A stretch of DNA of 64,000 nt, from positions 1-64,000 of IMG/VR virus record IMGVR_UViG_2595698868_000001; one strand, given 5' to 3'. Shown here piece after piece: positions 28,439-37,482 of this stretch. The first letter of the stretch is position 1; each line of letters begins with the position of its first letter. The position numbers and the translations under genes were made by a program. This DNA comes from a virus. Taxonomy: Duplodnaviria > Caudoviricetes. The notes beneath the pieces were generated by a model, which was not told where the DNA came from, ran no database searches, and saw only the letters and a list, made by a program, of their open reading frames with translations.

Positions 28439-28741
28439 ATGTTTGACGTAGAGCAGGACGAAATCCACGTCTCCGAACACGCGGACCTGCGGGTGCGCAA
28501 GCGCATGGGCATCCCTCGCAAGGCCGTCGACCGAATGGTGACCAAGGCGCTCGCCGACGGCGCCAGCCACTCCGCCTTCAGCGGCTCGATGAAGCGCTAT
28601 CTGGACCACGTCTATCTGAAGGAAGGGCGGGCGAACAACATGAAGGTCCACGCCGGCTACCTCTTCCTGTTCGCCGGCTCGACCCTGATCACCTGCTGGC
28701 CGCTGCCTCCGAAGTATCGAAACACGAAGCCCCGCGCATGA
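28439..28741 (+). CDS. DUF4258/RelE-fold-like protein
   Basis: SEHA..R..KRMGI and LIT.W motifs; AGGAGG RBS. Confidence 0.5.
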   Translation: MFDVEQDEIHVSEHADLRVRKRMGIPRKAVDRMVTKALADGASHSAFSGSMKRYLDHVYLKEGRANNMKVHAGYLFLFAGSTLITCWPLPPKYRNTKPRA

Positions 28742-29163
28742 CGACCATTGCCTACCGCTCAGGAATTTTGGCCGCCGACAGCCTCGTCACGAACGGAAGT
28801 TCGCGGGCATCGACGACCGCGCGCAAGATTCGCCGCATCGGCAAGGCGCTGATCGCGGGCTGCGGCTATATCGGCGAATTGGAAGCGTTCGTCGATTGGG
28901 TCGCCGGCGGCATGGAGGGTAAGGACCCACTGCGCGGTGGCGAGACGTCCTGCATGTTGATCGTCAAGGGACAACCGCCTGTGATGTTCGGCGCGACCGG
29001 TCCATGGCCCTTCACCACCGATTATATGGCGATGGGCTCGGGCGAAGACTTCGCTTTCGGCGCCATGCACGCCGGAGCGACCGCCGAACAGGCCGTCGCT
29101 GCCGCCATCGCACACGATGTCTATTCCGGCGGCCCGATCGTCACCCTGAAGTTGCGAGATTAA
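28738..29163 (+). CDS. Ntn-hydrolase (HslV/proteasome-beta-like) peptidase
   Basis: MTTIAY..LAADS, MGSG..FA.GAM, D.YSGG. Confidence 0.75.
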   Translation: MTTIAYRSGILAADSLVTNGSSRASTTARKIRRIGKALIAGCGYIGELEAFVDWVAGGMEGKDPLRGGETSCMLIVKGQPPVMFGATGPWPFTTDYMAMGSGEDFAFGAMHAGATAEQAVAAAIAHDVYSGGPIVTLKLRD

Positions 29164-29411
29164 TGATGACCGTCCCGTGGGACCCCCGCGCCAAGCCGAA
29201 GCGCGTCGGCGACGAACGCGAATTCCTCTCATCGCGCGAATATATCGCTGAGTTCGAACGTCGGGATCGTACTCCTGAACCCGAAGGTACGCCCGAGCGT
29301 GAGGAACAAATCGTCCGCATCGCAAAGCGTATCCTGCCCGGCGCATTGCGTAAGGCGTCGCGCGATCAGGTTCTGACGCAACACCGTCTCTTCATGTCGG
29401 GGGTCATGTGA
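29163..29411 (+). CDS. Hypothetical protein
   Basis: TAATG overlap. Confidence 0.6.
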   Translation: MMTVPWDPRAKPKRVGDEREFLSSREYIAEFERRDRTPEPEGTPEREEQIVRIAKRILPGALRKASRDQVLTQHRLFMSGVM

Positions 29412-29866
29412 AGGTTCAATTCCTGACCGAGCAGGAGCACCGACTGCGCCTGCGCGCCGCTCATCCGCGCTGGAAGACCCAGACCAAGACGCATGATCCG
29501 GAGAACGGGATCGAAGGCAACTGCACGCAGGCGGCTTTTGCTTCGCTGCTGGGCATGGAGCTTGAAGAGGTTCCGGACTTCAACACCCTGCACCAGGGCG
29601 ACGAGCACGCCGGCGCGTTTTGGCATCACCTCTACTCGTGGTGCCGTGAGCAGGGCTGGCTACTTCAGATGCGGCCGGCGAACCACGTGCCTGATATCCT
29701 CTATCTCGCGGACGGGCCGTCTCCGCGTGGCGTAGGTCACTTCGTCATCATGAAGGAAGGTGAAATCTTCCACGATCCGCATCCGTCGCGCGCCGGCATC
29801 CTGGAGGTCAAGCACACCTGGATGCTGTTGCCGGTTGATCCGGCGGAAATGAAAAAGGTCGCCTGA
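29408..29866 (+). CDS. Papain-fold (C39-like) Cys peptidase-like protein
   Basis: GNC.QA..ASLL, GHFVI, HDPHPS. Confidence 0.6.
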   Translation: MKVQFLTEQEHRLRLRAAHPRWKTQTKTHDPENGIEGNCTQAAFASLLGMELEEVPDFNTLHQGDEHAGAFWHHLYSWCREQGWLLQMRPANHVPDILYLADGPSPRGVGHFVIMKEGEIFHDPHPSRAGILEVKHTWMLLPVDPAEMKKVA

Positions 29867-30006
29867 TGAACGAGGACTTGCTGCTCTACAGCCTGTACGG
29901 CGCAACGATCATGCTCATCGCGGTCCTGCGTTTCGAGATGTGGAAGTGGTGGAAGCGGGGAGCCCGCCTGACCGAAGACCAAGTCGATTCAGTCCTCTGT
30001 AACTAA
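29866..30006 (+). CDS. Small membrane protein (46 aa)
   Basis: TGATG overlap; hydrophobic segment; below the ORF-track size cutoff. Confidence 0.55.
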   Translation: MNEDLLLYSLYGATIMLIAVLRFEMWKWWKRGARLTEDQVDSVLCN

Positions 30007-30007
30007 C

Positions 30008-30342
30008 GACCGGGTGATCAGGGTCTCGACTCCTGATCACCCGGCCGCCGGCGGCATGCCGAAGGCGTCCGCATGACCGTGATGTAGCCTCACCAGTTCC
30101 ATCACTTTGGGGTATTGACCCCGCGATCGTCACGCAACCGCACCCAGCTTTGGCTACACGAGGGTATTGGGCTCCCCCGAGGCGACCGACCTCCGCCAAC
30201 CTAAACGAGGGCCTTGTCCGGCGGCTCCGTCCGGTTCTCTCTAAGATTTACGTCCTGGAGAAAACGCAGGACGGGTGACGCGGACTTCGTGCTCACCCCG
30301 TGCCCCGTTAGAAACGGGATCGGTAGTGCGACGTCCACGGAC
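30008..30342 (-). ncRNA. Candidate ~330-nt structured ncRNA
   Basis: TTGACA-N16-GCTATAGA promoter (~30345-30374), many hairpins, 13-bp terminal hairpin, no credible ORF. Confidence 0.5.
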
Positions 30343-30499
30343 CGTCTATAGCCAAGCCCGCAGAGGCCTGTCAACTCCTGGGTTCAAAATTTAATGACCG
30401 CCCGGCGCCAGGATTATTGACACCCGGCGCCAGCATGGTTAACAGTTCCGTCGTTCCAGGCGCCAGCCATATTGGCGCCGCCCCCGACGGAGCGAAGGC

Positions 30500-31669
30500 G
30501 TGACCGCCAACATCGACGATTATATCGAACAGCAGGAAGCGGCGATCGAGGCGCAGTTCGCCGGCCGTGACTTGCAGTTCGAACACAACCGCGTCTGGAT
30601 GACCCCCGGACAACTCGAACGCGCCGCTTATCGCCTGACCATGAAGACCCGTGTCGGTGGCGCGACGCGCGACGAGAAGGCGCGCGGCATCTCCGATTAC
30701 GGCACCGACGCCGCATGCGTCGCCGACGCCTATCTCAAGATGATGCGCGATGACCGCTCCGCGATGGAACTGATCCGCCGCGCGGCGAAGCACATCGAGA
30801 CCCGCGAGGAGCGTCCGCGCGTCGACCTGTCCAAGCTGAAGATGCTGCCAACGATCCAGTTGGCGTCGGGTCGCTACTTCGACTTCATCAATCCTGACAG
30901 CACGCCGCTGGAGATCGACGATCTCGCCGCCGGTCTGTCGCGTATCTGCCGCTACACCGGCCAACTCGCGATCGACGAAGACGCGGTGTACACCGTCGCC
31001 CAGCACAGCGTCCTGGCGAGCGAGAACTGCGGCCCCGACTGCGATCCTTACGAAGCCCTGATGCACGATCGCGCCGAGAGCGTGATGAACGACATGGCCT
31101 CGCCGCTGAAGCAGCTTCTCCCTGACTACAAGGAGATCGAGGACCGCGTCGAGACGTCGACCGGCGCCTACTACGGGGTCGAGCACCCGATGTCAGCCGG
31201 CTGCAAGGCGATCGACCTGCGCATGCTCGCCACCGAGAAGCGCGATCTGATGCCGCACATCGAGGGCGACACGACCTGGGCCGGCATCGAGAACATCGAG
31301 CCGCTGCCGTTCAAGATCGTGCCGTGGTCGCCGTCGGAAGCGCGCCATCGTTTCCTGCATCGCTTTCACTGGCTGACCACCGGCCGTCTGCCCAAGCCGA
31401 CCGACCGCTACGCGCGTCCGCACGAGAACGCCCCGGCTGATTACGTCGAAGCGCTGCGTAAGGCCTGGGGCTTCTCGCCAGCGCACGCGCCGCTTGAGCA
31501 GCGCGCGACCACCGTCATCACGTCCGCGATGTGGTCTCAATTGATCGGGGCGCTGGTCGGCGCCAAGGGGCCGAGCATTCCCCTGGATCACGGCCTCAAG
31601 ATGCAGGTTCGTCCGATCGACGACACCCAGGATGTCGGTTCGGTCCTCCGCCCGGACGCCGCTGCATGA
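30500..31669 (+). CDS. HD-domain (YfbR-like) phosphohydrolase with N-terminal extension
   Basis: LSRICRY.G, Y.VAQHSVL, ALMHD.AE...D...PLK, D.RMLATEKRDL. Confidence 0.85.
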   Translation: MTANIDDYIEQQEAAIEAQFAGRDLQFEHNRVWMTPGQLERAAYRLTMKTRVGGATRDEKARGISDYGTDAACVADAYLKMMRDDRSAMELIRRAAKHIETREERPRVDLSKLKMLPTIQLASGRYFDFINPDSTPLEIDDLAAGLSRICRYTGQLAIDEDAVYTVAQHSVLASENCGPDCDPYEALMHDRAESVMNDMASPLKQLLPDYKEIEDRVETSTGAYYGVEHPMSAGCKAIDLRMLATEKRDLMPHIEGDTTWAGIENIEPLPFKIVPWSPSEARHRFLHRFHWLTTGRLPKPTDRYARPHENAPADYVEALRKAWGFSPAHAPLEQRATTVITSAMWSQLIGALVGAKGPSIPLDHGLKMQVRPIDDTQDVGSVLRPDAAA

Positions 31670-32031
31670 CCGCGCTGTTCATCCCGAATGATCGCTTGAG
31701 CCTCAGCTACGTGGCGGAGGACGGCCGCGTCGTTCGCCTGAATGACGTCCAGATGGAGACCGTTAGTTCTGCCTCGGGCACCACGGCGCCGACTTTCGAA
31801 GACGTCTCAAAGACGATCGAAGTCACCGGAACGCTTACGGCGACCTTCCATGTCGATCCGCCGTGGAAGTGCGAACTCCTCTGGGCGACTCACAACCTGC
31901 TCGCCCATCCCATTTCCGAGATCACGCACTGGCTGGCCTACATCCCCGGCCTGAAGTTCCTGCGCGATCTCGGCCTAAAGTTTCACGACATTACGGTCCC
32001 GCGCCACGCGTGGGGTACCGGCCGAGGATAA
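31666..32031 (+). CDS. Hypothetical protein
   Basis: ATGA overlap. Confidence 0.7.
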   Translation: MTALFIPNDRLSLSYVAEDGRVVRLNDVQMETVSSASGTTAPTFEDVSKTIEVTGTLTATFHVDPPWKCELLWATHNLLAHPISEITHWLAYIPGLKFLRDLGLKFHDITVPRHAWGTGRG

Positions 32032-32034
32032 GAC

Positions 32035-32331
32035 ATGCTGAGTGCCAAGGAAGCCCTGACGCTGATGCCGAGCAGCGATCCCAATCCCTACCTGGATGCG
32101 ATTGAGCAGCGCATCCGTGAAGCTGCTGCTGCCGGCCACGGCAAGGTGATGATCCACAACGTGCTGCCGGTCGCCCTGGCGGGCGCGTGGTGCTGCGGGC
32201 GTCCCGGCCCACTCGCCAAGAAGATCGAGGATGCCCTGAAGAAGGTCGGCTATCAGCTTGCCTACGACAGTGGCGGTCATCACGGCCCCGGCTTCGTCGG
32301 CATCATGTGGGCCGCCGAAGAGGAAAAGTAG
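32035..32331 (+). CDS. Hypothetical protein
   Basis: GAGGA RBS. Confidence 0.75.
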   Translation: MLSAKEALTLMPSSDPNPYLDAIEQRIREAAAAGHGKVMIHNVLPVALAGAWCCGRPGPLAKKIEDALKKVGYQLAYDSGGHHGPGFVGIMWAAEEEK

Positions 32332-32332
32332 G

Positions 32333-32806
32333 ATGACCTACGGCTACTGCCCTATCTGCGGCGATCACGGAGTGGCGCGCCAGCGTCGACCCAATGGTGA
32401 CGACACGTGCGTTAACAACCACACCTATCCGAGCAAGACGGCGCTGCCTATGCAGCCGCTGACGACTCGGCCTCAGGCGACGCAGACGGAGTGGATGGCA
32501 GGCCTGAGCGAGTCCTACCCCGAGCTTTTCGCCGGCCCGCTCGCGATCGCGGTCTCTTCGCAACATGAGGCGGACGCCCTGCGCGAGATGCTCAACGGCG
32601 CCAAGGGTCCTGCTGACCAGGGCATCATGGTGATTCCGTTCGGCGGCTCGGTCCTCTCCTTCTCGCCCGGCGGCACCGCCCTGCTGCGCGGCTACGTCTC
32701 CATCCCGCCGAATGGCGGCCCGATTACTCGCCAAGCCTTTGAGGCCTGGATCGAGAAGGCGATCGCGCCGTACCTCGCGCCTAACGCTTCCCGGCTGGTC
32801 CTGTGA
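32333..32806 (+). CDS. Hypothetical protein with N-terminal Zn ribbon
   Basis: YGYCPICG...RRPNGDD.C.N.H.YPS. Confidence 0.7.
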   Translation: MTYGYCPICGDHGVARQRRPNGDDTCVNNHTYPSKTALPMQPLTTRPQATQTEWMAGLSESYPELFAGPLAIAVSSQHEADALREMLNGAKGPADQGIMVIPFGGSVLSFSPGGTALLRGYVSIPPNGGPITRQAFEAWIEKAIAPYLAPNASRLVL

Positions 32807-33111
32807 TCGTTCTGCACCAGAAGTACAACGGCCGTCTGGTCTACCTCCAGCCGGACCAGATCAAGGCCGTCGAACATCGGGGCAACGGCGATACGGCCGT
32901 AATTGTCGAAGGCATCGACGACACTTCGCCGTGGATCGTGACCGAGACGCCCGAGGAGATCGCGAAGCTTCTGATGGGCTGGAAGTGGCGCCCGCACTTC
33001 CTCAACGAAACGATTCGCGACGGCGCGGTGATCACCGCCCTCCGTCTCGACCCGAAGACCAAGGGGCTGGTTCCGACCTACGCCCATCTGCACCTGGAGC
33101 AAGTCCATTGA
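32803..33111 (+). CDS. FlbD/SwrD(YlzI)-family-like protein 1
   Basis: MI.L....NG..VYL.PD.I..VE....T.....V.ETPEEI. Confidence 0.6.
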   Translation: MIVLHQKYNGRLVYLQPDQIKAVEHRGNGDTAVIVEGIDDTSPWIVTETPEEIAKLLMGWKWRPHFLNETIRDGAVITALRLDPKTKGLVPTYAHLHLEQVH

Positions 33112-33428
33112 TCCGCCTGACCGATTTCTCCGCCGCCGATCCTTACCTCTACGTGGACCCGCGTCGCATCGTCTATGTCGAGACAATCAAGGGTGCTGAG
33201 GACGAGCCAGAACGTCTGACGACGATCCATTTGGACGGCGCGGACCACACGCTGCAAGTTCGCGAAACGCCTACCGAGGTTCTTCGACTGAAGACGGGCT
33301 GGGAAAATCGCGTGCAAATGGTCGATATGCCGGCGGCCGATCTCCACAAGCTGATCGCGGCGGCGCTGGTCGCCGACACGGACGACGGCGTGCCCGAGTT
33401 GCAGTATCTGGTGGGATGGGCCGACTAA
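33108..33428 (+). CDS. FlbD/SwrD-family-like protein 2
   Basis: TTG start with GGAG; IRLT...YVDP..I..VE...T.I.L....VRETP.EV. Confidence 0.6.
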   Translation: MIRLTDFSAADPYLYVDPRRIVYVETIKGAEDEPERLTTIHLDGADHTLQVRETPTEVLRLKTGWENRVQMVDMPAADLHKLIAAALVADTDDGVPELQYLVGWAD

Positions 33429-33835
33429 TGATCCGCCTCACCCTGACCGATGGCCGCTTCATCTACCTCGCGCCCGAACACATCACCCAGGTCGGCTCGT
33501 ATGGCGACAAGACCTACGTCACGACTGTCGAACATCCCGACGGTCCGACCGGCATCGTCGAGGACCCATTCGACATCGCGCGCCTGAAGGCCGCCTGGGA
33601 ATTGCGCTATCACGCGCCTGAGATCGCCGGCGACCTACCCGTCGCGGTTTACATGGACCGCAGCGATCCCGAGAATCCGTCGATCCAGTTTCTGTGCTGC
33701 GCCATCACGCGCAAGCTCCGCGAACAGCGCGCTGGTGCGCGTCCGCAGAACGGAACGATGCCGCCCGTCAACTTTACGGGCATCTTCGACGAAATCTTCG
33801 GCGCCGCCTTCCCGCACGACCCGGACAAGCGCTGA
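33428..33835 (+). CDS. FlbD/SwrD-family-like protein 3
   Basis: MIRLTLTDGRFIYLAPEHI..V...T.V...I.EDP..I. Confidence 0.55.
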   Translation: MIRLTLTDGRFIYLAPEHITQVGSYGDKTYVTTVEHPDGPTGIVEDPFDIARLKAAWELRYHAPEIAGDLPVAVYMDRSDPENPSIQFLCCAITRKLREQRAGARPQNGTMPPVNFTGIFDEIFGAAFPHDPDKR

Positions 33836-34050
33836 TGCCCGATCTGGAAGAGCACCTGCGCATCCTCAAGCGCGCGTTCAAGGATTTCCACGAACGTAAC
33901 ACCGTCTGCCGCGCGGACGGTTGCGATGGGGGCTACGTGGTGCTCGACCAGGAAGACATCGACTGGTTCACCCAAGAGCCGCGCGCTTCGCACTGCCCCA
34001 AGTGCAAGGGTACGGGCTTCGTCCCTCGCCAAATGGAGTTGCCGCTGTGA
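33835..34050 (+). CDS. Small DnaJ-type Zn-finger protein
   Basis: C..DGCDGG and CPKCKGTG. Confidence 0.65.
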   Translation: MPDLEEHLRILKRAFKDFHERNTVCRADGCDGGYVVLDQEDIDWFTQEPRASHCPKCKGTGFVPRQMELPL

Positions 34051-34208
34051 TCCAGGAACCTCGTCCGCTGCTGGGGCTGGTGCTCGCCGCCACTTTCCTC
34101 GCGTTGTTCGCCATCCTCACCTACCCGCTGCGCCTCATGAACGTGCTGCCCAGCGAGACCGCTTGGGGCGCCCGCGCCTCCGACATCTTCGACGAAGAAG
34201 GCCTCTGA
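34047..34208 (+). CDS. Small membrane protein
   Basis: GTGA overlap, hydrophobic helix. Confidence 0.55.
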   Translation: MIQEPRPLLGLVLAATFLALFAILTYPLRLMNVLPSETAWGARASDIFDEEGL

Positions 34209-35137
34209 TGCCCAACAAGCCCGACATCTGCCTCTACCATCATCCGTGCTCGGACGGCATGACCGCCGCCTGGGCGATCTGGACGCGTTGGCCCGACATC
34301 GAATTCCTCGGCGTCAACTACAACCAGCCTGTCCCGGACCTCACGGGCAAGCACGTTCTGCTGGTCGACTTCAGCTATAAGCATGACGTTCTGGTTCAGA
34401 TCGCGGCGATCGCCGCCTCGGTCACGATCCTGGACCACCACAAGTCGGCCTACGAAGACCTCCAACCACTGCTGGACTCCGGCGTTGTCCAGGGCGAATT
34501 CGACATGGCGCGGTCCGGCGCCCAGATGGCGTGGGATTACGTCTGGCCGGCGGAGGTCGAGAACCCGTTCGATCGTGAGCACTTCCAGTATCGCAACTAC
34601 GTCGTCGAGGACGGCGAGTATCGTCGCGGCATCGGCTACGTCCCGTATCTCGTCAAGTACGTGCAGGACCGCGACCTCTGGACTTGGGGTCTGCCGGATT
34701 CCAAGGAAGTCAGCGCCTACATCCAGACCAAGGCGCTGACGCTCCAGGCCTGGGACAAGCTCGCGCACGAACTCGAAGACAGCATCGGCTACGACCGCGC
34801 CGTCGAGGTGGGCGCGATCCTGCTTCGTAAGCAGGAATCCGAGATCGCCGGCGCCTTGAAGTCGACGAAGCGTCGTATGCGTATCGCGGACTATGATGTT
34901 CCGGTCGCCAACGTGCCCTACATCTGGGCGTCCGAGGCCGGCAACATCCTGTGCAAGGGTGAGCCCTTCGCTGCGACCTACATCGACACGGCCGACGGCC
35001 GTTCGTTCTCGCTTCGCTCGGACAAGGAAGACCCGAACGCCGTCGATGTCAGCGCGATCGCGGCCTACTATGGCGGAGGCGGTCACGCGAACGCCTCGGG
35101 CTTCCGTGCGCCGATCGGCTGGGAGGGGCGCTCGTGA
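34208..35137 (+). CDS. DHH/DHHA1-family phosphoesterase
   Basis: YH..CSDG, VDFS, LDHH, DRDLW, GGGHANASGF. Confidence 0.9.
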   Translation: MPNKPDICLYHHPCSDGMTAAWAIWTRWPDIEFLGVNYNQPVPDLTGKHVLLVDFSYKHDVLVQIAAIAASVTILDHHKSAYEDLQPLLDSGVVQGEFDMARSGAQMAWDYVWPAEVENPFDREHFQYRNYVVEDGEYRRGIGYVPYLVKYVQDRDLWTWGLPDSKEVSAYIQTKALTLQAWDKLAHELEDSIGYDRAVEVGAILLRKQESEIAGALKSTKRRMRIADYDVPVANVPYIWASEAGNILCKGEPFAATYIDTADGRSFSLRSDKEDPNAVDVSAIAAYYGGGGHANASGFRAPIGWEGRS

Positions 35138-35463
35138 GTCGCGAACTCTACTACGTCACCTATGAGGCTAACGACGAACTGATTTTCCTCGTGGGCACCG
35201 AAGACGCCGACGAAGCCGAAGCGTGGCGTGAATGGGTTGAGAGCATCTCCGACGTGGAGGTGTTCGCCGACGTACGCAGCGTTCGGATCGACGACGAGAT
35301 TGACGACACCGCGTTTGCGCTGATCTGCGACGACGATGATGAGCTTTATCTGTTCGAGTCGCTGGAGTCCGCCCGCACCTTCATCTCGAATGAGAACCTG
35401 AGCGGTGCGATCACGAAGGGGATCAAGTTCGGGGTTCGAACTTTCATGGAGCGTCCGCTGTGA
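35134..35463 (+). CDS. Acidic hypothetical protein
   Basis: GTGA overlap. Confidence 0.75.
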   Translation: MSRELYYVTYEANDELIFLVGTEDADEAEAWREWVESISDVEVFADVRSVRIDDEIDDTAFALICDDDDELYLFESLESARTFISNENLSGAITKGIKFGVRTFMERPL

Positions 35464-35714
35464 ATTCTTCCCGAATGGACAACTTCGGACAAGCGCTGAC
35501 GATGCTCTGGGGCTTTGCGGTCTTCGGCATGTTCGCGGCTTTCTGTCTTTTCGGCATCCTGGCCGGCATTATCGTCGCGGCGCCTTGGGCGCTCTACTAT
35601 CACGATCCGACGATCGTGCTTTGGCCCGCGACGGCCGGCATGGTCCTGATGATGATCTGGGCGGCGTGGCAGATGTTCCAGCCGCGCATCCCCAACCCTT
35701 TCCGTAAGCGCTGA
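35460..35714 (+). CDS. Two-TM membrane protein
   Basis: Hydrophobic segments. Confidence 0.7.
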   Translation: MNSSRMDNFGQALTMLWGFAVFGMFAAFCLFGILAGIIVAAPWALYYHDPTIVLWPATAGMVLMMIWAAWQMFQPRIPNPFRKR

Positions 35715-35727
35715 AGGAGCCCTCAGC

Positions 35728-35982
35728 ATGACTCTGCAATACCTGTCCCCCGAGTTGCTCGCGCAACTCGAACTCGATGATCTTCGCGACATCTCCCTCG
35801 GCCACGCCAGCATCGAACTGTTGGAATTCAAGGGTGACGGTCTGAACATGATGCGCAAGCAGCGCGACGAAAAGCGCGCCGCCGGCGAGAACACCGTGCG
35901 CCTGGACGCCGAGATCGAGTACGCCGAACGCATGACGGCCGGACCGATCTTCTACATCAACCGACAGGCGGCTGCGGCGTGA
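35728..35982 (+). CDS. Hypothetical protein
   Basis: AAGGAG RBS. Confidence 0.75.
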   Translation: MTLQYLSPELLAQLELDDLRDISLGHASIELLEFKGDGLNMMRKQRDEKRAAGENTVRLDAEIEYAERMTAGPIFYINRQAAAA

Positions 35983-36197
35983 GGATCGCTTACGAACTCC
36001 GCCAGCAGCATGACGAGATGGGCAACGCTGCCCATCTCCTCTCGCCGGGCGATGCCGAGCGCATCAACCAGGGCGGATATCGTCGTGTCGCAGGTGGATG
36101 CACCTGCGATTGCGGCAAACTCTACTACGACCATCCGCCCGTCCTGGGCGCGCTGTGGCTAACCCGCCTGTGCGGCGGAGAGATCGTGAAGCTGTAA
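35979..36197 (+). CDS. Small Cys/His Zn-binding protein
   Basis: CTCDCGKLYYDHP...LC.G..VKL. Confidence 0.7.
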   Translation: MRIAYELRQQHDEMGNAAHLLSPGDAERINQGGYRRVAGGCTCDCGKLYYDHPPVLGALWLTRLCGGEIVKL

Positions 36198-36409
36198 TGG
36201 ACAGGTGGATCGTCTTGACCAAGGACCCTTGGCGCAACGGACAGCCAGGGCCGATTTATGTCGAGGGAACTCCCAAGTCCGAGCGGCTGGGATTACGGCA
36301 AAATCGGCGTTTTGCAGCGCCACTCGCTCAAGCGGACGCTCAAAAACTGGCTGACGATCTGAATAGGTGCCTGGACACGGGCCAACATTATGAGATCGAG
36401 CCCGCTTGA
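36197..36409 (+). CDS. Hypothetical protein
   Basis: TAATG overlap. Confidence 0.6.
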   Translation: MDRWIVLTKDPWRNGQPGPIYVEGTPKSERLGLRQNRRFAAPLAQADAQKLADDLNRCLDTGQHYEIEPA

Positions 36410-36867
36410 TGCCCAAGCTGATCACCTGCTCGTACTGCGGCGGTAGCGGCCTCGAAGAATTCTTCGGCGAGATGCCCGTCGCGTTCGGAACTTGCACCAA
36501 CTGCGCCGGCACCGGCAAGACGGAGTCACGTTACGTGGAATCCCTGACCTACGAATCCTACATTGCTGACGCCAAGAAGCGCGGCGCGTCCATGAAGGCG
36601 CCGGGCTCTCTGATCTTCCCCAAGGATATGCCGCCAATCGCCAAGGTGGCTGACAACGGTGTTGATGTCGTCATCGACGAGGCTGCGACCCGCGCCCGCT
36701 ATTGGGGCGAGGACACCAAGACGATTGCGGATTGCGAAGCGAAGTTCGACATTCCGATGAACTTCGCCGGTGAACCCGACATCTCTGGCCATGCCGATTT
36801 CTCGACAGGCTTCGACGACGAGGGTAAGGTGTCCTCCCCTGAAGAAGATCAGGACACCCGCATCTAG
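36406..36867 (+). CDS. Protein with DnaJ-type Zn finger
   Basis: CSYCGGSG and CTNCAGTG. Confidence 0.75.
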   Translation: MMPKLITCSYCGGSGLEEFFGEMPVAFGTCTNCAGTGKTESRYVESLTYESYIADAKKRGASMKAPGSLIFPKDMPPIAKVADNGVDVVIDEAATRARYWGEDTKTIADCEAKFDIPMNFAGEPDISGHADFSTGFDDEGKVSSPEEDQDTRI

Positions 36868-36913
36868 GCAAAGACCTGGAGCGATATGACGAAGGACTCA
36901 CCAGTGGAGTCCT

Positions 36914-37186
36914 ATGAGCCCTTCCCGTCGAAAGGCGTTGCGCGAAGCAGTCGAGCACTGCGGCGTCTCTAAGATCGAGGTCGAAGCTTGCCAACGCGAA
37001 TACGCGTTGGCGCACGACGCCTATAACGCCCTCGTCACCGAGAACCCGCCGAAGAAGCGCTCAGGTACGACCATCGAGAACATGCGCCGGCACGCCTTGG
37101 CGGCATACGAAGCGCTGCTCGATGCGATGCGAGTCCACTCCGACAATCTGGCCCACATCGCGGCCCTGCGAGGGACTTCGTTCTGA
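36914..37186 (+). CDS. Hypothetical protein
   Basis: GGAG RBS. Confidence 0.7.
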   Translation: MSPSRRKALREAVEHCGVSKIEVEACQREYALAHDAYNALVTENPPKKRSGTTIENMRRHALAAYEALLDAMRVHSDNLAHIAALRGTSF

Positions 37187-37482
37187 TGTACGTCATGAAG
37201 CGCGACGCGCTCGCTTCGCCCCTGGAGCGTTGGTCGATCGAGAACACCTCGGAGTTCCGTCGCGGCCTGCTGCAACTTCCCAGCGAAGACTACCTGAATC
37301 CGTCGGCGATCGACATGATCCGTGTCGTTCGCGACAAGCCGGACCGCAGCACCGGTGAAGTTCTCACCAAGGTCCACATCGAGTGCAAGGGCTCCTGGTT
37401 CTCGACGATCTTCGACGAGGTCGATGAAGCGCGCGGTTTTGCCCGCACGGTCTGCAACTTCCGCGACGAGTACCACCGCTAA
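37186..37482 (+). CDS. Hypothetical protein
   Basis: TGATG overlap. Confidence 0.7.
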   Translation: MYVMKRDALASPLERWSIENTSEFRRGLLQLPSEDYLNPSAIDMIRVVRDKPDRSTGEVLTKVHIECKGSWFSTIFDEVDEARGFARTVCNFRDEYHR

